Assembly: GCA_030605915.1 (NCBI GenBank)
Contig: JAUWHM010000129.1
Location: 1-24,916, forward strand
Length of the DNA stretch: 24,916 nt
Reading direction: 5' to 3'
From: Nitrospirota bacterium
Lineage (GTDB): Bacteria > NPL-UPA2 > JAGMAN01
The number at the start of each line of letters is the position of its first letter. The first letter of the stretch is position 1. The notes under the pieces were generated by a model that saw only the letters and a list, made by a program, of their open reading frames with translations, did no database searches and had not been told where the DNA came from. Positions 16,748 to 23,039 of the stretch are shown piece after piece. A program made the position numbers and the translations under genes.

Positions 16748-17227
16748 ATGCGAAGGTTGAAACTATATCTTGATACCTCTGTCTGGAACTTTTTCTTTGC
16801 TGACGATGCTCCAGAAAAGAGAGATATAACCAAGGAATTTTTCAATTCGGTTCAGAAAGGCGTTTATGAAATATATGTTTCGGATGTAGTTTTTAAAGAA
16901 GTAAATAACGCCCCTGAGGATAAAAAGGTTCAATTGGCAAAATTGATTGAACAATGTGTGCCTATAAAATTGGATACTCCAGAAGAAGCAGAGAAATTAG
17001 CCGCTGTCTACCTAGATAAGAAGATTATACCAGAGATTAAAAAAGACGATGCATTACATATTGGAATAGCCACCGTTTTTGAGATGGATGCGGTAATCAC
17101 TTGGAACTATCGTCATCTGGCGAATCTGAGAAAAGTAGAATTATTTCACAGCGCAAATTTGGAAGCCGGGTATTTTAAGAAAATAGAGATAATTACACCC
17201 ATGGAGGTGATAAGAGATGAAAGTTGA
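16748..17227 (+). CDS. PIN-domain (VapC-like) putative toxin nuclease
   Basis: LYLDTSV, YVSDVVFKEV, DDALHIGIA, ITWNYRHL give the acidic PIN pattern. Confidence 0.88.
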   Translation: MRRLKLYLDTSVWNFFFADDAPEKRDITKEFFNSVQKGVYEIYVSDVVFKEVNNAPEDKKVQLAKLIEQCVPIKLDTPEEAEKLAAVYLDKKIIPEIKKDDALHIGIATVFEMDAVITWNYRHLANLRKVELFHSANLEAGYFKKIEIITPMEVIRDES

Positions 17228-17387
17228 TAAGTCGTTGCAGGAAGTATGGGATTGGAAAGAGAAGGTCTATCAGGAAACTAAACACCTTTCGATTAAGGAG
17301 ACTGCAGAGTATATTCATAAAGGAGCGGAAGAGTTTTGCAGAAAATACGGATTAAAACTCAAAACCCTCCAACCGACACAAGGGTAG
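17217..17387 (+). CDS. 56-aa putative antitoxin/partner (not in ORF track)
   Basis: MKVDKSLQEVWDWKEKVYQETKHLSIKETAEYIHKGAEEFCRKYGLKLKTLQPTQG*; GGAGGTGA SD 6 nt before the ATG; overlaps the PIN gene end. Confidence 0.75.
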   Translation: MKVDKSLQEVWDWKEKVYQETKHLSIKETAEYIHKGAEEFCRKYGLKLKTLQPTQG

Positions 17388-17394
17388 AGGTGAA

Positions 17395-17436
17395 ATGTCT
17401 CCATGGAAATTACCATTGTATTTAGCCTGCAGTAAA
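17395..17436 (+). repeat. Direct repeat copy 2 (variant tonB 3' end)
   Basis: 38/42 identical to 16530-16571; encodes MEITIVFSLQ* versus MEVAIIFSLQ* in tonB. Confidence 0.9.
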
Positions 17437-17576
17437 AGCACTGAAGAGAAGACCTGCCCATATTAGCATACCTCACCTAAGCCCGAAAGAATTTGAAAAA
17501 AATCGCCTGTGATTCAGACAGTAGATCAGGCACCACCGTAAGTTCTGCATAATTGGGCAATTAGGTCGCATAGCAC

Positions 17577-17615
17577 GCCCCCAGCGGAATTATTTTTGGT
17601 CTGGGGGCATTTTTT
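17577..17615 (+). terminator. Intrinsic terminator candidate
   Basis: GCCCCCAG/CTGGGGGC 8-bp stem followed by ATTTTTT; lies just before the dtxR promoter. Confidence 0.65.
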
Positions 17616-17636
17616 GACAAAAATCGCAGGGGGGGG

Positions 17637-17665
17637 TTGACAAGATTTGGATGGTGTGGTAAAAT
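17637..17665 (+). promoter_or_regulatory. Sigma70-type promoter of the dtxR-feo operon
   Basis: TTGACA-N17-TAAAAT with TGG extension. Confidence 0.75.
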
Positions 17666-17678
17666 TAGGGTATCCTAA
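17665..17678. promoter_or_regulatory. DtxR/MntR-family operator 1 (TTAGG-GTAT-CCTAA)
   Basis: Palindrome overlapping the -10 end and predicted start site; matches the TTAGG...CCTAA core of DtxR-family boxes. Confidence 0.8.
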
Positions 17679-17765
17679 CAATGTATGGAGTTTCTAACAA
17701 AACAGTGGGGTTTCAGAAAACGAAATCTTGAAGGATTGTTCTAACAGTATGGTGAGGTGATAATT

Positions 17766-18497
17766 ATGGCTGTGACTAAGGCTTTAACCGCTGGAATGGA
17801 AGATTATATAGAGACGATTGCTAATCTCGCAGAGAAGAAGAAAGTGGTTCGGGTAAGGGATATTGCTGAGGAAATGAATATTAAAATGCCCAGCGTAACG
17901 GAAGCATTGAAGAACCTTACCAAGAACGGGCTTGTCAACCACGAAAAGTATGAATATGTAGAACTGACTTCTGAAGGGAGCAAACTTGCCCGTAAGGTTC
18001 GCAGTCAGCACAATATCCTGTTTGATTTTCTGACCGGGGTTTTAAACATAGACACCCAAACAGCAGAGAAGGATGCCTGCCGGATGGAGCATGTCGTAAG
18101 TCCCTCTACCTTAAAGAAGTTGCTCAGTTTCGTTGAGTTTGTCCGAACCTGCCCTATAGGGGAACCTGACTGGTTAAGAAATTTTGAGCATTATTCTCAG
18201 CACGGGCAGCGTCCAGAGGAGTGTTCTACTAAAGCGGGGAAGCAGGAAAGCGAGGTGAAGACTATGCCTAATAAATCCCTTCGGGGGTTAAAACCTGGCC
18301 AGAAGGGTAAGATTGCCAGGGTTGTCGGCCGGGGGCCAACTCATCGGCGGATTCTGGATATGGGAGTTGTCCCGGGGACAGAAATAGAGGTTGAGCGGGT
18401 TGCTCCTCTGGGAGACCCAATTGAGGTAAAGATTAGGGGGTATCATCTGTCGCTACGCAAAGAGGAAGCAGGCAATGTTTTTGTTGAGGTGAGTTAG
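17766..18497 (+). CDS. DtxR/MntR-family metal-dependent repressor fused to a C-terminal FeoA domain
   Basis: MEDYIETI, wHTH RVRDIAEEMNIKMPSVTEAL, DACRMEH, then FeoA RRILDMGVVPGTEIEVERVAPLGDPI. Start placed at ATG 17766 (GAGGTGA-N5-ATG); the track gives GTG 17757. Confidence 0.9.
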   Translation: MAVTKALTAGMEDYIETIANLAEKKKVVRVRDIAEEMNIKMPSVTEALKNLTKNGLVNHEKYEYVELTSEGSKLARKVRSQHNILFDFLTGVLNIDTQTAEKDACRMEHVVSPSTLKKLLSFVEFVRTCPIGEPDWLRNFEHYSQHGQRPEECSTKAGKQESEVKTMPNKSLRGLKPGQKGKIARVVGRGPTHRRILDMGVVPGTEIEVERVAPLGDPIEVKIRGYHLSLRKEEAGNVFVEVS

Positions 18498-18731
18498 ATG
18501 GAGAATCTCCCTATGGCATTAAGCATGGTAAGGTCGGGAGAAGAGGTTACCTTAGTCGATATCCAGGGTGGGTTTGGGATGAGAAGAAAGCTTACTGACA
18601 TGGGATTAATTCCAGGCGTAAGATTGAGGCTTATTCATAGCCATCTGCCCGGTCCGGTTATCGTCCAGGTAGGAGATTCAAGGCTTATGTTAGGTCACGG
18701 AATGGCTCAGAGGGTTATGGTTCGGAGGTAA
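18498..18731 (+). CDS. feoA: FeoA
   Basis: RRKLTDMGLIPG, GPVIVQVGDSRLMLGHGMAQRVMV; GAGGTGA-N5-ATG. Confidence 0.92.
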   Translation: MENLPMALSMVRSGEEVTLVDIQGGFGMRRKLTDMGLIPGVRLRLIHSHLPGPVIVQVGDSRLMLGHGMAQRVMVRR

Positions 18732-18747
18732 TTTTTTTTGCCTCTGA

Positions 18748-18765
18748 AGTTAGGCTTACCTAACT
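18748..18765. promoter_or_regulatory. DtxR/MntR-family operator 2 (AGTTAGG-CTTA-CCTAACT)
   Basis: Perfect 7-bp arms in the feoA-feoB spacer. Confidence 0.78.
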
Positions 18766-18784
18766 GACAAAGAGGGAATCAAAA

Positions 18785-20857
18785 ATGGATAAAGAAATAA
18801 CAATTGCCCTGACTGGAAATCCCAACTCTGGCAAGACCACTGTCTTTAATAACCTGACCGGTGCTCGCCAGCATGTGGGGAACTATCCCGGGGTGACAGT
18901 GGAGAAGAAAGAAGGAAAACTGAAATATAGAGACCAGGATATAAATGTGGTTGACCTTCCAGGAACCTATAGCTTAACTGCCTATTCAATAGATGAGATT
19001 GTGGCCCGGGATTTTGTGATTGAGGGGAAGCCCGATGTGGTTATTGATATTGTTGATGCCTCAAATTTAGAAAGAAACCTGTATTTAGCCACCCAGTTTA
19101 TGGAATTGGGAGTTCCCCTCGTCATAGCCCTGAACATGAGCGATGTAGCTAAGGCTCGGGGTCAGCAGATTAATAAGCAAAGGCTTTCAGAGTTATTAGG
19201 GGTTCCTCTCATTCCTACCGTTGCCAATCGTAAAAAAGGGATGAATGAACTCATTGATGAAGCAGTTAAAGTAGCTGAGGGAAAGGGAAGCTTAAGAAAA
19301 ATTACAGTTAGCTATGGAAAAGAGGTAGAGGAAGAAATATTAAAAATAGAACAGATTTTAGAGAAGGACAAGGCTCTCCTTGAGAAATATCCAGCCAGGT
19401 GGCTATCCGTAAAGCTCCTTGAGAATGACAACGAGGTTCAGAAGAAAATAAAAAAATCTCCTTATGCAGGTGAGATATTAGCTCAGGTGGAAAGCAGTAT
19501 TAGCCATCTCAAAAACATCTTTGGTGATGACCTGGAATTGGTGATTGCTGACCGCAGATATGGATTCATCAACGGTGCCTGCCATGAATCGGTTGAGAGA
19601 ACCGCTGAGGAGCGACTGAGCACCTCAGATAACATTGATAAGGTAATTACAAACAGGATTTTGGGGTTGCCCATCTTTTTGGCTTTGATGTGGTTGGTGT
19701 TTAAGACCACTTTCAAGCTCAGTGAAGCTCCCATGGGTTGGATAGAGAAGACTCAGGAATGGCTTGGAGCTACACTGGGCCATCTATTTGCTGAGGGAAG
19801 TGCCCTTCAATCATTGGTGGTTGATGGAATAATCGGCGGAGTGGGAAGTGTGCTTGTCTTTGTCCCCATTATCTTCCTTCTTTTCCTGGCTATTGCTGTC
19901 CTTGAAGACAGCGGCTATATGGCCAGAGCTGTCTTCATTATGGATAGACTAATGCATAAGATAGGGCTTCACGGGAGGTCCTTCATTCCTATGATCTTAG
20001 GTTTTGGCTGCAATGTGCCGGCTATTATGGCTACCAGGACGATAGAAGATAGGCGGAATAGATTGGTTACCATCCTGATTAATCCCTTGATGAGCTGTGG
20101 AGCGAGATTGCCTGTTTATACCTTGCTGGCCGGGGCTTTCTTCAATGAAAGGATAGCCGGGAATGTGATCTTCTCCATTTATATGTTAGGGATAGTCCTG
20201 GCAGTTATCGTTGCAAAACTGTTTAGAAAGTTTCTATTTCCTGGCCCATCAGCCCCCTTCGTGATGGAACTGCCGCCCTATCGCATGCCCACCTTGAAAG
20301 GGCTCCTCATTCATATGTGGGAGAGAGGAGTTGTTTACTTGAAGAAGGCGGGAACAATTATCTTCGCCGGCTGTGTCCTGATCTGGTTTCTAAGCAACTT
20401 CCCTTACAATCCCAAGGACAGTGGTTATGAGAGGTTGGAGAAAAGTTATGCCGGGAGAATAGGCAGGTTCATAGAGCCAGTAATGAAGCCATTAGGGTTC
20501 GATTGGAAGATTGGCGTGGGGTTGGTAGGTGGCTTTATTGCCAAGGAGATAGTGGTAGGAACATTAGGAGTCCTTTATCAAGTAGGAGAAGCTGACGAAG
20601 AATCTGAATCCTTGCGCGCTGCCCTTCAGAACGATAAATATCCTGACGGTCGCAATGTCTATAATCCATTAGTTGCTTATGCCCTGATGGTTTTCGTCCT
20701 TATCTATGTTCCCTGTGTAGCTTGCATAGCAGCCATAAAGAGGGAGACAAACTCCTGGAGATGGCCACTATTCAGCACTTTTTACTTAACAGCCCTTGCC
20801 TGGATAATGGCCCTTATTGTTTACCAGGGCGGGAGACTTCTTGGATTAGGGGGATAA
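18785..20857 (+). CDS. feoB: Ferrous iron transporter FeoB (copy 1)
   Basis: G1 GNPNSGKT, NYPGVTVE, G3 DLPG, G4 NMSD, GFGCNVPAIMATR, MSCGARLP, PFVMELPPY, YVPCVAC. Confidence 0.97.
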   Translation: MDKEITIALTGNPNSGKTTVFNNLTGARQHVGNYPGVTVEKKEGKLKYRDQDINVVDLPGTYSLTAYSIDEIVARDFVIEGKPDVVIDIVDASNLERNLYLATQFMELGVPLVIALNMSDVAKARGQQINKQRLSELLGVPLIPTVANRKKGMNELIDEAVKVAEGKGSLRKITVSYGKEVEEEILKIEQILEKDKALLEKYPARWLSVKLLENDNEVQKKIKKSPYAGEILAQVESSISHLKNIFGDDLELVIADRRYGFINGACHESVERTAEERLSTSDNIDKVITNRILGLPIFLALMWLVFKTTFKLSEAPMGWIEKTQEWLGATLGHLFAEGSALQSLVVDGIIGGVGSVLVFVPIIFLLFLAIAVLEDSGYMARAVFIMDRLMHKIGLHGRSFIPMILGFGCNVPAIMATRTIEDRRNRLVTILINPLMSCGARLPVYTLLAGAFFNERIAGNVIFSIYMLGIVLAVIVAKLFRKFLFPGPSAPFVMELPPYRMPTLKGLLIHMWERGVVYLKKAGTIIFAGCVLIWFLSNFPYNPKDSGYERLEKSYAGRIGRFIEPVMKPLGFDWKIGVGLVGGFIAKEIVVGTLGVLYQVGEADEESESLRAALQNDKYPDGRNVYNPLVAYALMVFVLIYVPCVACIAAIKRETNSWRWPLFSTFYLTALAWIMALIVYQGGRLLGLGG

Positions 20858-20877
20858 CTTCATCAAGTAAATAAACA

Positions 20878-20925
20878 GGCCCGCAAGAGGAATTCGGTTT
20901 TGACGGCCAACATCCTCTGCGGGCC
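20878..20925. other. Stable intergenic hairpin after feoB
   Basis: GGCCCGC-A-AGAGGA...TCCTCT-GCGGGCC (13 bp with one bulge); no U-tract. A second stem TAGGCA/TGCCTA lies at 20955-20985. Confidence 0.5.
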
Positions 20926-21162
20926 AGGAAGAAAGGAGACACTGAAGAAACATCTAGGCATAGCACCAAGATTTCTTTGTGCCTACCCCCTTCTCTATAG
21001 ATTATGGCTCATTTTGCTGATTTTGTCAAGTTTTGAACTGAGCTTTTGCCTCAATTCTGGCAAAGAAAGGAGGGAAATTAAATAAGCCTGAGGCTAAAGC
21101 GAAACTTAACTGGAAGAAATGTCAGAGAAACTATTTGGGAAATTTGGAAAGGAGAAGAGAGG

Positions 21163-22407
21163 ATGAGAAGAAAACTGTTGGTATTGGTGATGATAATTAC
21201 TGCGAGTGCGATGGTTAGTTCTGCTCTGGGCGGAGGGGACCCACTGCAGAAGGAGTTAGCACAACTCAAGGCCCGACTTGCTGAACTGGAGAGGAAGGTT
21301 GCCGAGCAGGGAAGTCAGATTGAAGAACAGGACACTCAAATGAGCGAGCTGAAGGAGATTAAGGAGACGCTTGGCAGAATCAGTATTGGTGGTGGGATGA
21401 CCGGCGTCATCCAGGCGAGTGACAATAATGAGGAGGCGAACACCGGCGAGGGAGATGTAACTGATGGTGCCTATTCGGTTGATCTGGAGATTGAAAGTCC
21501 CATAGGAGAAAAAGGCGTTGCCTTCCTCCACATTGAGGGAGGAGAAGGATCTGGGATAGACGACGATGTCCTTTCACTGTCTGGATGTAATGCAGATGCC
21601 GGGGACACCTCTGGCCGTTTAGAGGTTACTGAGGCCTGGTATGAACATTCTCTTCTGGATGGAGCTTTAGCCTTTACCATCGGCAAGCTTGACCTTACCG
21701 CTTATTTCGATGGAAATGAGGTAGCTAACGATGAGGCTGCTCAGTTTCTTTCCAGTGGATTTAAGAATAATTTAGCTGTTGAGTTTTCTGATAATGGGCT
21801 TGGAACGAGACTGACCTGGAGCCCGATAGAAGTCTTCGACCTGAGCCTTGGATTACAGGATTCTGACAGCGATTGGGAGAATATCTTTGACCATCCCTTC
21901 TCCATCTTTGAGGTTAATCTCAAGCCAGACTTTTTGGGGTTAGGAGGCAACTATCGGTTCTATATCTGGCAGAATGATTCCAACCACACGAAGTGGGAGG
22001 ATGCTTCTAAAACTCATGAGGACAACAGTGGCTTCGGGATAAGCTTTGACCAGGGAATTAGCGATAGAGTAACTCTCTTTGCCCGTCTGGGCTGGCAGGA
22101 GGAGGAAGTCAAAGAAATTAAATCAGCCTGGAGCTTAGGGGCGCAGTTGCAAAGTCCCTTCCTCAGTCGCCCGGAAGATGTATGTGGCATCGCTTACGGG
22201 AAGGCGATCTTGAGTGGCGATTATAAAGAAAGTGCCAGTTCGTCAACTAACGATGCTGACGAAGGACATTACGAAGTCTACTATAACATTAAGGTAAACG
22301 ATTATCTCAGCATCTCCCCGGATGTTCAGGTAATCACTAACCCTAACGGGAACGATAGTGCTGATACAGTGACCATATTTGGCATAAGGAGTCAGGTTAA
22401 CTTTTAG
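21163..22407 (+). CDS. Outer-membrane porin, OprB-like beta-barrel with N-terminal coiled coil
   Basis: Signal peptide, heptad region LQKELAQLKARLAELERKV, EAWYEH, FTIGKLDLTAYFDGNEVANDE..QFL, YEVYYNIKVND.LSISPDVQVITNPNG, C-terminal Phe; acidic. Confidence 0.8.
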   Translation: MRRKLLVLVMIITASAMVSSALGGGDPLQKELAQLKARLAELERKVAEQGSQIEEQDTQMSELKEIKETLGRISIGGGMTGVIQASDNNEEANTGEGDVTDGAYSVDLEIESPIGEKGVAFLHIEGGEGSGIDDDVLSLSGCNADAGDTSGRLEVTEAWYEHSLLDGALAFTIGKLDLTAYFDGNEVANDEAAQFLSSGFKNNLAVEFSDNGLGTRLTWSPIEVFDLSLGLQDSDSDWENIFDHPFSIFEVNLKPDFLGLGGNYRFYIWQNDSNHTKWEDASKTHEDNSGFGISFDQGISDRVTLFARLGWQEEEVKEIKSAWSLGAQLQSPFLSRPEDVCGIAYGKAILSGDYKESASSSTNDADEGHYEVYYNIKVNDYLSISPDVQVITNPNGNDSADTVTIFGIRSQVNF

Positions 22408-22426
22408 GAATCAGTCGCACCAGTCT

Positions 22427-22474
22427 CTGGGGTAGAAGCTGGAGGAACAATCTTTCTCCTAACTTCTGCCTCAG
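22427..22474. other. Long intergenic hairpin between the porin and feoA
   Basis: CTGGGGTAGAAG/CTTCTGCCTCAG (12 bp, 2 G-U) plus GGAGGAA/TTTCTCC (7 bp); no U-tract. Confidence 0.55.
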
Positions 22475-22557
22475 TGGCTCTGTTGTAAGAAATAGAGAGA
22501 AAGAAAAAGCTACCTCTTATAACGGTGCAGGAAAGGGAAAAAGTTGATGGTTATAGC

Positions 22558-22794
22558 ATGAAGGCATCTATCGTCCCGCTAACCATGGCTCTTCCTGGTA
22601 AGAAAATGAGAGTTGTTTCCCTATCAGGTGGCAGGGGTTTTCAACAGCACCTGGTTAACATGGGATTGGACGTTGGTTCAGAGATTGAGGTTATCCATCA
22701 TGGAGCGCCAGGACCTTTTCTTGTAGCTGTTAAAGAAACCCGTCTTGCCATCGGATTTGGCATGGCGCAGAAGATTATGGTTCATGTGGAGTGA
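22558..22794 (+). CDS. feoA: FeoA
   Basis: QQHLVNMGLDVG, GPFLVAVKETRLAIGFGMAQKIMV. Start uncertain (ATG 22558 chosen; the track gives GTG 22525). Confidence 0.9.
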   Translation: MKASIVPLTMALPGKKMRVVSLSGGRGFQQHLVNMGLDVGSEIEVIHHGAPGPFLVAVKETRLAIGFGMAQKIMVHVE

Positions 22795-22814
22795 TAGGTG
22801 AGGAGTAAGAGACA

Positions 22815-23039
22815 ATGACTCTGGACAAACTAAAACCCGGTCAGGAATGCCGGGTAGTAGAAGTGAAGGTGGGCGGTGTTGTAGGACAGCGGTTGTCCGA
22901 TATGGGCTTTGTTCCTGAAACACGGATAAAGGTTATCCGCAATGCCCCCTTAGTGGATCCGATTGCTCTTTTACTGAGGGGATACCAGGTTAGCATTCGC
23001 CATTCTGAGGCGAAGGAGATAGAGGTAACTCCATTATGA
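22815..23039 (+). CDS. feoA: FeoA
   Basis: MTLDKLKPGQ, QRLSDMGFVPET, NAPLVDPI, RGYQVSIRHSEA. Confidence 0.92.
   Translation: MTLDKLKPGQECRVVEVKVGGVVGQRLSDMGFVPETRIKVIRNAPLVDPIALLLRGYQVSIRHSEAKEIEVTPL

Noticed and set aside
16572-17394. IS element or prophage remnant
   Set aside because: No transposase, integrase or terminal inverted repeats seen; only the direct repeats.
17438-17458. GCACTG...GAAGACCTGCC resembling the 3' end of a cobalamin riboswitch
   Set aside because: Only 4 nt separate the two motifs, the 5' half is missing, and a terminator follows; likely chance.
17462-17480. Third DtxR box (…CCTCACCTAA)
   Set aside because: Only the right half matches, and it lies upstream of the terminator, far from the promoter.
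17629-17636. G8 tract as a phase-variation switch
   Set aside because: Short and upstream of the -35, so slippage would not change -35/-10 spacing.
20900-21085. 61-aa ORF after feoB as a FeoB-associated small protein
   Set aside because: TTG start inside a hairpin loop, no RBS, no convincing Cys-rich motif.
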